The translations under genes were made by a program, and so were the position numbers. A stretch of 64,000 bases of DNA, taken from positions 64,001 to 128,000 of the forward strand of contig CAXXTC010000005.1 of assembly GCA_963666925.2 (NCBI GenBank). The letters are read 5' to 3'. The notes under the pieces are model-generated. The model did no database searches, was not told where the DNA came from, and was given only the letters and a program-made list of their open reading frames with translations. This document shows, in pieces, positions 22,036 through 31,954 of this stretch (its first letter is position 1; every line of letters starts with the position of its first letter). This stretch comes from Phycisphaerae bacterium (GTDB lineage: Bacteria; Planctomycetota; Phycisphaerae; UBA1845; Fen-1342).

Positions 22036-22602
22036 ATGTCAGAATCGTCGCAGCGCTACGTGACACGCGGGGGTGAGAAGCTGGCGGCAGCGCTGGCGGC
22101 GTTCGGCCTGGACGTCGGCGGGCAAACTTGTCTGGACCTGGGCAGCCATGCCGGCGGGTTTGTCGATTGCCTGCTCCAGCACGGGGCGGCGAAGGTCTAT
22201 GCGGTCGATCCGGGGTATGGGATTCTCGATTATCGGCTGCGGCGTGATGCGCGGGTGGTGGTTTGCGAACGGACCAACGCGCTGGAATACCGGTGTCCGG
22301 AGCCGTGTGCGGCAATCACAATCGACGTGGGCTGGACGCCGCTGCGGCTGATCCTGCCGGCGGTGGGGCGCTCGCTGGCGGAGGGTGGCAGCGTCGTCGC
22401 GCTGGTCAAGCCCCAATACGAGGTACCGAAGGAGTGGCTGTGCGCCGGCGTGGTGCCGGGGGATCGCCTGGAAGAGGCGTTGGAGCTGGTCCTGGCGGAC
22501 GTAACGGAGCTGGGCTGGCAACGTGCCAAGCAGATCGAGAGCCCATTGCGCGGGCATGGCGGCAATACGGAATTCCTCTGGCTGCTGCGGCGTGGGACGT
22601 AG
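22036..22602 (+). CDS. tlyA: TlyA-like FtsJ/RrmJ SAM methyltransferase lacking the S4 domain
   Basis: YVTRGGEKL, DLGSHAGGF, ERTNA, LVKPQYE, SPLRGHGGNTEFL. Confidence 0.8.
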   Translation: MSESSQRYVTRGGEKLAAALAAFGLDVGGQTCLDLGSHAGGFVDCLLQHGAAKVYAVDPGYGILDYRLRRDARVVVCERTNALEYRCPEPCAAITIDVGWTPLRLILPAVGRSLAEGGSVVALVKPQYEVPKEWLCAGVVPGDRLEEALELVLADVTELGWQRAKQIESPLRGHGGNTEFLWLLRRGT

Positions 22603-22663
22603 ACGGCGGGCGAGACGCTTGTCCGTCGCCACTGGAGAATGCACTGCTTGAAAGCAGCGGCAC
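22602..22663. repeat. REP-like palindromes (degenerate GGCGGGCGAGACGC type plus CACTGCT..AGCAG type)
   Basis: gacggcgggcgagacgcttgtccgtc matches the core at 59770-59795; gcactgcttgaaagcagcggcac resembles 26902-26924 and 50809-50829. Confidence 0.6.
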
Positions 22664-22709
22664 GGCGGCGCGCTCACCGGGGGTCACACTTCTGGTACAC
22701 TGTGCCGTC

Positions 22710-23876
22710 ATGCGCGGATCGCGTAACCAAAACCCGCTGCGCCGCATACTCGTGGTCATCCCGAACTGGGTGGGCGACGTGGTGGCGGCCACGCCCGTGC
22801 TGGCCGCCCTGCGCCAGAGGTTCGACTCGGCCCGGATCACATACCTGCTGCGACCCTATGTGGCCGACGTGGTCGACGGCGGCGGCTGGCACGATGACGT
22901 CGTCCATTGGCCGGCCGGCAAGGGCATCGAGCGCGAGCTGCGCACGTTACGGATGGCCAGCCGGCTCCGCGAGCAGCGTTTTGACCTAGCCCTGCTGCTG
23001 ACTAATTCGTTCCGGGCGGGGCTGGTTACCTGGCGGGCGGGAGCACGGCGCCGGGTCGGGTTCGCCCGCGACGGGCGGGGCTGGCTGCTCACCGATCGGC
23101 TGCATCATCCGCGGCGCGACGGCGCCTGGGTGCCGACGCCGGTGCTGGACAGCTACATCGAGTTGGCCGAGCAGGTCGACTGCCCCGTCGACGATCGCCG
23201 CCTGCGACTGGGCATCACGCAGCCCCAGCAGCGAGCCGGCGAACAACTGCTCAAACAATACGGGCTCGACGACGGAACGCTTTACGCGGTGATTAACCCC
23301 GGGGCGGCCTACGGCGCGGCCAAGTGCTGGCCGCCGGAGCGGTTTGCGGGGGTATGCGACCGTTTGCAGGAAGCCTACGACCTGCGCGTGGTGCTGGTGG
23401 GTGCGCCGCGCGAGTTGCCGCTGCTGCGGCAGATCGCGGAGCAGGCCCGCGGGCCGATAACGCTGTGCGACGATCCGACGACGACGCTCGGGTCGCTGAA
23501 GGTGGTCATGCAGCAGGCAGCGCTGCTGGTGTGCAACGACACCGGGCCGCGGCACTATGGCAACGCGTTCAATATTCCGACGGTGACGATCTTCGGGCCG
23601 ACGCATCAGCGCTGGACCGACACGGATTACACCGGGGAGATCAAGCTTCAGGTGCCGGTGGAATGCGGGCCGTGCCAGCGGCGGACCTGTCCGCTGGATT
23701 TGCGTTGCATGACCGGGCTGACGACGGATATGGTGATGGCCGCGGTGGAGCGTGTGTATCGCGAGACGAACGCGAACAGCGTCGATGGCGCGAACGGGGC
23801 AAATGACGCGTCCGGCGCGTTGGTGATGGCGAGTCGGGATCCGGTCCTGGCGACTGACACAGGCGGAACGAGCTAA
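22710..23876 (+). CDS. waaF: LPS heptosyltransferase II (GT9)
   Basis: PNWVGDVV, LLTNSFR, NPGAAYGAAKCWP, NDTGPRH, IFGPT. Confidence 0.9.
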   Translation: MRGSRNQNPLRRILVVIPNWVGDVVAATPVLAALRQRFDSARITYLLRPYVADVVDGGGWHDDVVHWPAGKGIERELRTLRMASRLREQRFDLALLLTNSFRAGLVTWRAGARRRVGFARDGRGWLLTDRLHHPRRDGAWVPTPVLDSYIELAEQVDCPVDDRRLRLGITQPQQRAGEQLLKQYGLDDGTLYAVINPGAAYGAAKCWPPERFAGVCDRLQEAYDLRVVLVGAPRELPLLRQIAEQARGPITLCDDPTTTLGSLKVVMQQAALLVCNDTGPRHYGNAFNIPTVTIFGPTHQRWTDTDYTGEIKLQVPVECGPCQRRTCPLDLRCMTGLTTDMVMAAVERVYRETNANSVDGANGANDASGALVMASRDPVLATDTGGTS

Positions 23877-23880
23877 AGGA

Positions 23881-24804
23881 ATGCTGGAAGTGAACCACAT
23901 GCGCAGTGATCCGGCCTATCGCGAGCGGCTTGCCGCCTGCGGGCTGGACACGGTGCGGGGAGTGCTGGAGCGCGTGGAGGGGCGTGTGGCGGCCTGGAGC
24001 CGAACTACGGACACGCTGTACGTCTCCGGCCCGGGTGATACGCCGGGGTTTTACGTGAAGCGGCACTTTTTCCCGACGTGGATCAAGCGTTTGCGCGGGA
24101 CGTTCCGGGGAACATTTTTCGGGATGCAGCGCGGCCAGATCGAGTATGCGGGGTTGAACACGATGCGAGCGCTGGGTTTGCCGGCGGTGCGGCCGGTAGC
24201 CTATGGCGTGCGGCGTGCGCTGCATTTCGTGACGGCCTGTTTCCTGATTACGGAGGAGGTGCCGGAGGCGGAGAACCTAACCACGTTTGCCCAGGAGGTG
24301 GCGGCCGGCCGGCGACACCTGACGCGGACGCAGCGGCAGAAGCTGATTCAGGAACTGGCGACGCAGGTGGCGGCTGTGCACGCGACGGGGTTTGTGCACG
24401 GAAACCTGTTCTGGCGAAACGTGCTGGTGCGCGAGGGGCCGGCGGGCAAGCCGGAATTCTTCTTCCTGGACGTTCAACAGCCGCACTTCTGGCAGTGTTT
24501 CCGCGAGGCCTCGCCGATGTGGGTGCGTGACCTGGCACAGACGACCGTATCGTCGCTGCCGTTCACCGAACGGGCGGATCGATTGCGGTTTCTGAAGTGC
24601 TACCTGCGTTGCGCGCGGATGACGCCGAAAACGCAACAGCGTGCGGCGGAGATCGAACAACTGGCGCGTCAATGGCAGCGTCATGAGCAGCGCCGGATCC
24701 ACATGAACAGCCTGTTCGGTGCGTGGAATCGGCAATTGGTGTCCGAGCTGCCGGCGCGTGACGGGGCGGGGGTCTCCGTGGTGGAGGGAGGCTGGCAGGC
24801 GTGA
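23881..24804 (+). CDS. LPS kinase (Kdo/WaaP/InaA family)
   Basis: FYVKRH, LITEEV, HGNLFWRNVL, FFLD; in a waa cluster. Confidence 0.8.
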   Translation: MLEVNHMRSDPAYRERLAACGLDTVRGVLERVEGRVAAWSRTTDTLYVSGPGDTPGFYVKRHFFPTWIKRLRGTFRGTFFGMQRGQIEYAGLNTMRALGLPAVRPVAYGVRRALHFVTACFLITEEVPEAENLTTFAQEVAAGRRHLTRTQRQKLIQELATQVAAVHATGFVHGNLFWRNVLVREGPAGKPEFFFLDVQQPHFWQCFREASPMWVRDLAQTTVSSLPFTERADRLRFLKCYLRCARMTPKTQQRAAEIEQLARQWQRHEQRRIHMNSLFGAWNRQLVSELPARDGAGVSVVEGGWQA

Positions 24805-25652
24805 CGCGCCGGGCCGTAACGGCACCGGAGTGGCAGAAGCGCCTGGCTGCGGCGGGCCTGGACGATCCACTGATGCTGCTGGAGCGCAGCCCCGAGCATC
24901 TGCCGGGCCGGTGGGAAGCACTGGTCAAGCCCGGGCTGGGCGGTCGCGAGCGCTGGCGCTGGGAGTTGCCGGGCGACCCGCCAACCGTGTTATACGTGAA
25001 ACGCTACCTGCACACGCCGCCCCGGGAGCAATTCGACCGGATGTGGCGCCAAGGCCGCCGATGCAGCCGGGCGTGGTGGGAATGGCTCCAGTCGCAGCGG
25101 CTCAGCGAGAAACACCTCAGCGTTGTGCGGACAGTGGCGTGCGCGGAGCAGATGCGCGGCTGGCGCGAAGTGTACAGTGCGGCTGTGTTCGAAGCGGTAC
25201 CGGGCGACGCTCTGGATCGGACGTGGACACGCTTATCACAGGACCGAGCCCCTGTCACGCAAGCGCCATTGCGGCACGCTGTCAATCGTCACCTGGCGCG
25301 CTACGTCTCGGCGCTGCACCAGTCTGGCACGTGCCATCGCGATCTGTACCTGTGCCATGTATTCGTCGAGCTTGACCCGAACGGTTCCCATCCGCCGCAA
25401 TTCACGCTGATCGACCTCGGTCGGACCCACCAGCCGCGTGCCCGACGCACGCGCTGGATCATCAAGGACCTATCACAGCTCGATTGTTCGGCCCGGCAGA
25501 TCGGCGCGACGCGGGCCGATCGGCTGCGGTTTCTGGCAGCGTATCTCAGCCTGCCGACCAAGCGTCCCCGGCTGCGCTGGTACGCCCGGCGCGTGGTGCG
25601 CAAGAGTGATCGCATCCTCAGACGCATCGCCCGCAAGAATGGCGCATCATGA
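24801..25652 (+). CDS. LPS core heptose kinase WaaP-like
   Basis: LYVKRY, HRDLYLCHVF, LIDL, RWIIKDLSQL. Confidence 0.85.
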   Translation: MTRRAVTAPEWQKRLAAAGLDDPLMLLERSPEHLPGRWEALVKPGLGGRERWRWELPGDPPTVLYVKRYLHTPPREQFDRMWRQGRRCSRAWWEWLQSQRLSEKHLSVVRTVACAEQMRGWREVYSAAVFEAVPGDALDRTWTRLSQDRAPVTQAPLRHAVNRHLARYVSALHQSGTCHRDLYLCHVFVELDPNGSHPPQFTLIDLGRTHQPRARRTRWIIKDLSQLDCSARQIGATRADRLRFLAAYLSLPTKRPRLRWYARRVVRKSDRILRRIARKNGAS

Positions 25653-26821
25653 AGATCACCATCGTGCAGGAGCAGGTCGACACCAGTCGCGGCGGCGCGG
25701 AGACGTCTACGGTCGAAATGGCCCGCCACCTGGCCGCGCTGGGGTTGAACGTGCACGTTGTCTGCCGGGCGGACAACAGCACGCCGTTCGTTGACCAGAA
25801 CGTGACCTTCCTGCCGATCGGCACGACGGGCCGCGGGCGGGCGCTGCAAACGTACCAGTTCATCCAGGGCGTGCATCGGCTCTGCCGCGTCGAGGATTTC
25901 GACATCGTCCACGCTGTCACGCCCTGTCTGTCGGCCACGGTCTATCAGCCGCGGGGGGGGACGTATGTGGAAACAGTGCGGCGGACGCTAGCGCGCGTCC
26001 GGCCGGCGCCGTGGCGCTGGGCGAAGGGGCTGGGCCGCCGATTTAACGTCCGACAGCGGTTCCTGGCACGCATCGAGCGTTTGCTGCTGACCAAGTATCA
26101 GCATCGCGTGTTCGTGGCGGCGCTCAGCGAATACGTTCGGCGGCAGGTGCTGGAGCAGTTTGATTTTCCGGCCGAGCAGACGCGCGTGGTGTTCAATGGC
26201 GTGGAGATTGCGCCGCCGGCGGAGGAACAGCGCGAGCGCTGGCGGGCGGAGTGTCGGCGGAGTGTGGGGTTGTCCGCCGAGCAGCCACTGTTGCTGTTCG
26301 TTGCGCACAATTTCAAGCTGAAAGGGCTGGCCGAGTTGCTGCGGGCGCTGGCATGCGCTGATCGAGAGGGCTATGGGCGCGAGTGGACACTGGTCGTCGC
26401 GGGCCGGGATGATACGGGCCCGCCGCGGCGTCTGGGTCAGCAATTGAAGCTCGAATCGCGTGTGCACTTCGTCGGGACCGACACGCCGGTGCAACATTGG
26501 TACGCAGCCGCCGACCTGCTGGCACATCCGACCTGGTACGATCCGTGCAGCCGAGTTGTGCTGGAGGCATTATCGGTCGGACTGCCAGTGGTGACGACGC
26601 GTTTGAACGGGGCGGCCGAAGTGATGCAGGTCGGCACGCACGGCGCGATCGTTGACGATCCGCGCGACGCGGGCACGCTCGCCGTAGCACTGCGGGAGGC
26701 GCTCGATCCAGGGGTTCGGGCGGCCTGTCAGGCGTCGGGCGAGTTGCGTCCGCGGCTGTCGATGGCGCGGCACGCCCAGGAGCTGTGCGGGTTTTACGAG
26801 GACATTCTGCACGGGGAATAA
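25649..26821 (+). CDS. GT4 glycosyltransferase, WaaG-like
   Basis: GGAE, FVAHNFKLKG, HPTWYDPCSRVVLEA...PVVTT...GAAE. Confidence 0.87.
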   Translation: MKITIVQEQVDTSRGGAETSTVEMARHLAALGLNVHVVCRADNSTPFVDQNVTFLPIGTTGRGRALQTYQFIQGVHRLCRVEDFDIVHAVTPCLSATVYQPRGGTYVETVRRTLARVRPAPWRWAKGLGRRFNVRQRFLARIERLLLTKYQHRVFVAALSEYVRRQVLEQFDFPAEQTRVVFNGVEIAPPAEEQRERWRAECRRSVGLSAEQPLLLFVAHNFKLKGLAELLRALACADREGYGREWTLVVAGRDDTGPPRRLGQQLKLESRVHFVGTDTPVQHWYAAADLLAHPTWYDPCSRVVLEALSVGLPVVTTRLNGAAEVMQVGTHGAIVDDPRDAGTLAVALREALDPGVRAACQASGELRPRLSMARHAQELCGFYEDILHGE

Positions 26822-26845
26822 GCGCTCTGTGCCAAAACCTCTGTG

Positions 26846-26924
26846 GCACCGGTTTGTAACCGGTGCTTCGAACCGGCCCCGAAACGTTGACACGTCAAAA
26901 ACCACTGCTCAAGAGCAGTGGCAC
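26846..26924. repeat. Two REP-like palindromes between convergent genes
   Basis: gcaccggtt-tgt-aaccggtgc (26846-26866) and ccactgctc-aa-gagcagtgg (26902-26921). The latter contains the stop codon of the BshC-like gene. Confidence 0.7.
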
Positions 26925-28480
26925 GCGGCGCGAACGCGATCGGTCAACTCGCGCAACGTGTCGTAGGGATGCAGCGCGAAAAAGTACGTGCGATCGCGGG
27001 CCAATTCGTCCTGTGCGAGTTGCTCAGTCAGCGTGGCGACGCGCTGCTCGCAGCGCATTACGGACGCCTCCTCGGTCGCCAGCATGCGCTCGTTGATCTG
27101 CCGGATTTGTGCGAACACCGCCCGGCGGACCTGATGATCTTGCGGCCGGTCGCGTTTGAGTGATTCCGACTCGCGCACCAGCGCGGCGCGTTGCGCGACC
27201 AGCTCAGCCGGTGGCGTGTCGAGTTGTCGTTGTGGATTGCAGTGCAAGTCGCGCAGCTCGCGGCGAGCAGCGTTCACGTCACGATGGGTAACGCGATTCA
27301 GCGGCAGCGGCAAGTGCAGCGTGGCGCTGATGCAAGCAGCGGGTGCGGGCGCTACGCCCCACACCTCGCGGGCGAAATCCTCCATGACCTCGTCGTACCG
27401 GGCTCCGCCGATGCCGTGCACGAAAACGTCCGCCAGCAGCAGCCGGGCGAAAGCCGACAGCAGCAACGCCCGCGGGCGCAGCTTCCAGCCGGTCTGTTCG
27501 AGCGGCCCGGGCTGGGCGTGGTAGGCGGCGCGGGCGATTTCGTCGCGTGGCAGCGTGATCGCGAATTCGTCGCCAGCCCACAGCTCCAGCCAGGAGGCGG
27601 CGGGCCGAACGAAGAGCCGTTGGCGCACACGGCCGGGGGGTGTGATCCAAACCGGCAGTTCGACGCGCTCGTGGTCGATTGCGAGTGGTGGCACGGGTCG
27701 GGCGGCGACACGCACGCAATGGCGCTGGCGATATGACGACTGGGCCGCGTTGTACGCCTGCGCCGCCGAACGTGCATTCAGCATCAGGTGTGCCAGCAGT
27801 GCATGGAACTCGGGCGTCTGCGCCAGGGCTGAAATACGCAGCGTGCGGATGTCGCGCAGGCCGAGCGTTTCCTCGGTCGCGGTTTGTGCTCGTATGAACG
27901 CGGTGCAGAAATCGACCACGGGCCCGGTCGTCGCCAGCCACGCGCTGGAATATTCGCGCAACATGGACCGCCCGTAGAACGGGTACACATTGGCGATGCG
28001 GGCGAAGAAATCGAGCCAGTCTTCGCGCAGCAGCGTGGGCTGATCCTCGGCGGGTTGTTTCAGATCGCAGCCGGGGATGTCGATCGGCACGCACTGCGCA
28101 GCGCCGCCGGCCGCGCGCGGCACGATTAGCTGCCGCGTTTTGGGCAGGTCGGAATCGACCAGCAGGAACACGGCCGACCCACTGGTCTGCTGGGCCAACT
28201 CGTGGGCGGCGATGTCTTTGGCAAGCACGCCGGCGTGAAAAAACTCCACCTGATGGCCGCTAACCACGATCGGTCCGGACAAATGCAGCCGGGCCCGCAG
28301 ACTGCTGCGCAGCGCACCGAGCGTGCTGTCCGGCACCGCGCCGCGCTGCGGGGCCGAGCTGAGATGCTCACGCAGTGCATCGAGCAATCGGCGCGGCGCC
28401 GGCTCGTGGAGCACGTCCAGGTGCTCGGGCGGCGTTTGCAGCCGATCGTAGCTAATCAGTCGGCGCATGAGCAGCGGCAT
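26909..28480 (-). CDS. BshC-like protein (bacillithiol cysteine-adding enzyme homolog)
   Basis: IVVSGHQVEFFHAGVLAK resembles the BshC VxGHQ motif; also LRPRAL, FVHGIGGARYD and a C-terminal coiled coil. Confidence 0.65.
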   Translation of the reverse strand: MPLLMRRLISYDRLQTPPEHLDVLHEPAPRRLLDALREHLSSAPQRGAVPDSTLGALRSSLRARLHLSGPIVVSGHQVEFFHAGVLAKDIAAHELAQQTSGSAVFLLVDSDLPKTRQLIVPRAAGGAAQCVPIDIPGCDLKQPAEDQPTLLREDWLDFFARIANVYPFYGRSMLREYSSAWLATTGPVVDFCTAFIRAQTATEETLGLRDIRTLRISALAQTPEFHALLAHLMLNARSAAQAYNAAQSSYRQRHCVRVAARPVPPLAIDHERVELPVWITPPGRVRQRLFVRPAASWLELWAGDEFAITLPRDEIARAAYHAQPGPLEQTGWKLRPRALLLSAFARLLLADVFVHGIGGARYDEVMEDFAREVWGVAPAPAACISATLHLPLPLNRVTHRDVNAARRELRDLHCNPQRQLDTPPAELVAQRAALVRESESLKRDRPQDHQVRRAVFAQIRQINERMLATEEASVMRCEQRVATLTEQLAQDELARDRTYFFALHPYDTLRELTDRVRAACHCS

Positions 28481-29259
28481 AGCGGGCGGACTTCCTCAAG
28501 ACAAAACCGCGGCTCGCGACACAGCGCACGCAGCAGCACCACCAGGTAATGCTGCAAACGGGCGGCCGGATCATCCAGAGTCGCGCCGAACTCGCGGCTG
28601 GTATCGCGGTAAATGCGGCGTATTGGCAGCTCGCGGATGCGCAGCCCGGCCCGCACACATTGCACCCAGAACTGGAGCGGAAACGCATAGCCCGGCTCGT
28701 CGAGCTGCAAGCGCTGCAACGCCGCCACGCGGTGGGCCTTGAACCCGCAGAACGAATCCGTCAGATTCAGGCCGAGCAACTGATCGAGCAAGTCGGTGAC
28801 GGTGCGGTTGATGCGCCGCCGTTCGGGCGGCGGCGGATCATCGCCCGCGAAATCACACAGGTAGCGCGAGCCGCTGATGATGTCGGCATCATCCCGGCGG
28901 ATGGCGTCGAGAAAGGCCGGCAACTCCTGGGGCTCGTGCTGCTTGTCGCAGTCCATCGTGACGACCCAGTCGTAGCCGCGGCGGGCCGCATAGGCAAAGG
29001 CCGCAATCAGGCTTTGGCCATACCCGCGGTTCTCAGGATGGCGGATGGTGTGGACGTCCGGCCGACGGCGTAGCAGATCAGGCGTCGCGTCGGTCGAGCC
29101 GTCGTCGATTACCAGCACGTCCCGACAGCCTTGCGCACGGACCTGGTCGAGCACACCCAGCACGTGGTCCGCCTCGTTGTGCACCGGAATGGCCAGCAGG
29201 TAACGCAATTCGATCGCTCTTGTTCGGCCTTGTCGTTGACGACTCGATGAGTTTCGCAT
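28456..29259 (-). CDS. GT2 glycosyltransferase (DPM1-like)
   Basis: IPVHNE, IDDGSTD, NRGYG, MDCDKQH, GSRY, DSFCGFK. Confidence 0.9.
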   Translation of the reverse strand: MRNSSSRQRQGRTRAIELRYLLAIPVHNEADHVLGVLDQVRAQGCRDVLVIDDGSTDATPDLLRRRPDVHTIRHPENRGYGQSLIAAFAYAARRGYDWVVTMDCDKQHEPQELPAFLDAIRRDDADIISGSRYLCDFAGDDPPPPERRRINRTVTDLLDQLLGLNLTDSFCGFKAHRVAALQRLQLDEPGYAFPLQFWVQCVRAGLRIRELPIRRIYRDTSREFGATLDDPAARLQHYLVVLLRALCREPRFCLEEVRPLCRCSCAD

Positions 29260-29289
29260 GTGCGATTCTTCGAAGCGTTTCGGGAATTG

Positions 29290-30429
29290 TCAAACAGCGG
29301 TGTCTAACAGCTTGACCGCGTCGGCAGCAATGTCGGCGGCCGCGTCGGGCCGACCCAGCGCCCGGCAGGCATCTCCCAGGTGACGCAAACGCTCCGCGTC
29401 ACCCAACACCTTCCGCACGCGATAACCTAATAAACGTGGGTGGTTTACCTTGATCGCCGCCCCGTGCTCCAGCAGGTAATCACTATTCCGCGATTCCTGC
29501 CCGGGGATCGGGTTCATGATCACCAGGGGTAACCCGCTGGCGAGCGATTCGGACACGGTCAATCCGCCGGCCTTGCTGACCGCTAGGTCGGCGGCCGCCA
29601 TCCACTCGTGCATCTGCTCGGTGTACCCGACCACGCGCAGGGGGCGGCGCCGGCGTGCCGCCAGCCGATCTACCCGGGCCCGCAGCCGCCGATTACGCCC
29701 AACGATGACGACGACCTGCACCTCCTCTGGCAGCATCATCAGTTCGCTGAGCAGTTGTACTACCGGCCCGACGCCGAAAGCTCCGCCGAGCAGGAGCACC
29801 ATCGGCCGATCCGGGTCTAGCTCGCAGCGCTGCCGCGCCACGGGGCGCGACAGCGGCTGGCGGAAACCAGGACGCACCGGAATACCCATGATGCGAATGC
29901 GCTCGGGCGGTACACCCCAACTGGCCAGGTAGGCCTGTCCCTCGGCGGTGGCAACGTAATAGCGCTCGGTGGGCTCCTGGATCCACATGCGGTGGGTTTC
30001 GTAATCGGTCGTAACGGTCACCTGCGGGCAGTTCAACCGGCCGTGGCGCCGCATCTGGGCGACGAACTCGGCCGGCAGGAAGTGCGTGTTGACGATCAGC
30101 GATGGGCGTCGCTGCCGGACGTAGCGTGTCGTCGGCAACTTGTTCGCGTTCTGGATTGCCAGTCGCGCCGCCTCTTTCAAACGTCCGCGCGGCTGATCCA
30201 TAGCGTCGTAGAGCCAGCCCATGGCCGACGGCATGTGCCGAATCAGCCCCAGGTAGCCGCCCGCGTAGAGTTGTCGAAAGAGCGGGTTGGAGATGGCCAA
30301 TACGTCGACCACTTCGACGTCGGCATGCGGCGCCGCGGCGCGGAGCGCCGGTTCGAGCGCCTGGGCAGCGACGACATGCCCGGCGCCGGCCGAGGCCGTC
30401 AGAACCAGAATCACGTCTTTCCCGGGCAC
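29290..30429 (-). CDS. MGDG synthase/UgtP-like GT28 glycosyltransferase
   Basis: SAGAGH, NTHFLP, VTTDY, GIPV, SKAGGLTVSE, PIPGQE..N. Confidence 0.88.
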   Translation of the reverse strand: MPGKDVILVLTASAGAGHVVAAQALEPALRAAAPHADVEVVDVLAISNPLFRQLYAGGYLGLIRHMPSAMGWLYDAMDQPRGRLKEAARLAIQNANKLPTTRYVRQRRPSLIVNTHFLPAEFVAQMRRHGRLNCPQVTVTTDYETHRMWIQEPTERYYVATAEGQAYLASWGVPPERIRIMGIPVRPGFRQPLSRPVARQRCELDPDRPMVLLLGGAFGVGPVVQLLSELMMLPEEVQVVVIVGRNRRLRARVDRLAARRRRPLRVVGYTEQMHEWMAAADLAVSKAGGLTVSESLASGLPLVIMNPIPGQESRNSDYLLEHGAAIKVNHPRLLGYRVRKVLGDAERLRHLGDACRALGRPDAAADIAADAVKLLDTAV

Positions 30430-30472
30430 TTCCTTTATCCCTCGCCAACCGGCCAGTGATGCATACTGCGGG

Positions 30473-30916
30473 CTATCTCCGCCGCGACAAGTCCCGATGC
30501 AGTCTCCGAGCCAGTTTTTCCAGTGATTTCCGGCAGTCCGCCAGTGTCAGGGAAACGCCGACGCGCGGCGCACAGACCAGGTCCAAACCCGCGGGCAGGT
30601 CGTGCTGGCTGAGCCGAAACGCCTCGCGAATTAGTCGTTTCAACAGGTGTCGCCGAACTGCCGGCCCGTGTTTGCGTCCGACAGCCAGCCCCAAACGGCA
30701 GACTGCAAGCCCGTTGCCGACCGCCCACATCGACAGGTGCCGATCCGACGCCCGCACGCCCGTGCGAAAAGCCCGCTCGAAGTCGCGCTGCTGACACATG
30801 CGCGAGCGGCGTCGGTAGCGCAGCCGCACCGGCCCGGCTGAGCGATCGTCGGCCGCAGCGTTGGAGGGGGAGTCGGCCACCATAGCAACTGACATGTTCT
30901 CCGAGACCGCCGTCAT
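30473..30916 (-). CDS. rnpA: Ribonuclease P protein component (start uncertain)
   Basis: RLGLAVGRKHGPAVRRHLLKRLIREAFR, an RNR-like motif. Confidence 0.9.
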   Translation of the reverse strand: MTAVSENMSVAMVADSPSNAAADDRSAGPVRLRYRRRSRMCQQRDFERAFRTGVRASDRHLSMWAVGNGLAVCRLGLAVGRKHGPAVRRHLLKRLIREAFRLSQHDLPAGLDLVCAPRVGVSLTLADCRKSLEKLARRLHRDLSRRR

Positions 30917-30940
30917 GTGCCAGCTTCGTGAATGGACTCG

Positions 30941-31954
30941 TCAAGCGGGCTCCAGCCCGAGTCCGGGGGCCTCGCCCAGGCTGATCACGCTGCCCGCCTG
31001 TGCGATGCCCGTAAACGGATCTTCAGCCAGCAGCAGATGGCCGTCCAGGTCGGCATAGTCGACCAGGGTGGCGATTGTCAGGGCGGGGGCGATGGCTAGG
31101 CCGCTGCACACAAAGCAGCCCAACATGACCTTGAGGCCGAAGCCGCGCGCCAAGGTGATCATGCGCAGCGCCTCGCGAATCCCGCCGCACTTGGTGAACT
31201 TGATGTTGACGCCATCGACCAACCCACGCAGACGAACCACGTCCGCCGGCCGCTGGCAACTCTCGTCGGCCACGATCGGCGCCACACCCAACTGGCACAA
31301 CTCCGCCAGGTGTTCGTCTTCATCCGGTGGCAACGGCTGTTCGATAATCGTCGGGCGGAAACGCTCCAGGGCGCGGATTCGCTCGGGCGCCTCGGCCGGC
31401 GACCAGCCGCAATTGGCGTCGACAAACAGGTCGCCGTCGAACTGCGATCGGATCATCTCGAGGATCTGCTCGTCGTGTTCCAGCCCAACCTTGACCTTGA
31501 GCGCGGTGTAGCCCATGGCCAGAGCCTCGGCGACCTTGCTCTCCATCTCGGCCAGGGGGGCGGCCCCGATGGTGAAGGTGGTCTTCTTGCTGGGCGGAGC
31601 GAGCCCGAGCAAACGCCACACAGGCACACCCAAGCGCCGGCCGCACCAGTCGTACAGGGCCGACTCTATACCCGCCAGCGTCGCCCGCTGATCGTCATGG
31701 GCGGCGATGAGGCGGTCCATGATCGGGTTGATCTGGAAGGGGTCGTCGCCGAGCGTGTCGGCCACGGCCGCCAGCACGCGTTCCGAGTCTTCGAGCGATT
31801 GGCCATAGAGGGCCGACGGCACGATCTCGCCCAGGCCGACGACACCGGCGTGCTCGCACTGCACGACGATGGTCTCTTTTTCGTCGAGCCCGCCCTGCGA
31901 GGTGGCGAAACGGTGGCGCGGCCGGATCAGTTGTCTTTTCCAGCTCAGTTTCAT
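30941..31954 (-). CDS. L-Ala-D/L-Glu dipeptide epimerase (enolase superfamily)
   Basis: KVKVG, VDANCGW, IEQP, ADES, NIKFTKCGG, DLDG. Confidence 0.88.
   Translation of the reverse strand: MKLSWKRQLIRPRHRFATSQGGLDEKETIVVQCEHAGVVGLGEIVPSALYGQSLEDSERVLAAVADTLGDDPFQINPIMDRLIAAHDDQRATLAGIESALYDWCGRRLGVPVWRLLGLAPPSKKTTFTIGAAPLAEMESKVAEALAMGYTALKVKVGLEHDEQILEMIRSQFDGDLFVDANCGWSPAEAPERIRALERFRPTIIEQPLPPDEDEHLAELCQLGVAPIVADESCQRPADVVRLRGLVDGVNIKFTKCGGIREALRMITLARGFGLKVMLGCFVCSGLAIAPALTIATLVDYADLDGHLLLAEDPFTGIAQAGSVISLGEAPGLGLEPA

Noticed and set aside
26909..30429. Selenoneine/selenosugar (SenABC) cluster
   Set aside because: The glycosyltransferases are about 28 kb from selD, and no SenA/EgtB-like gene is present.
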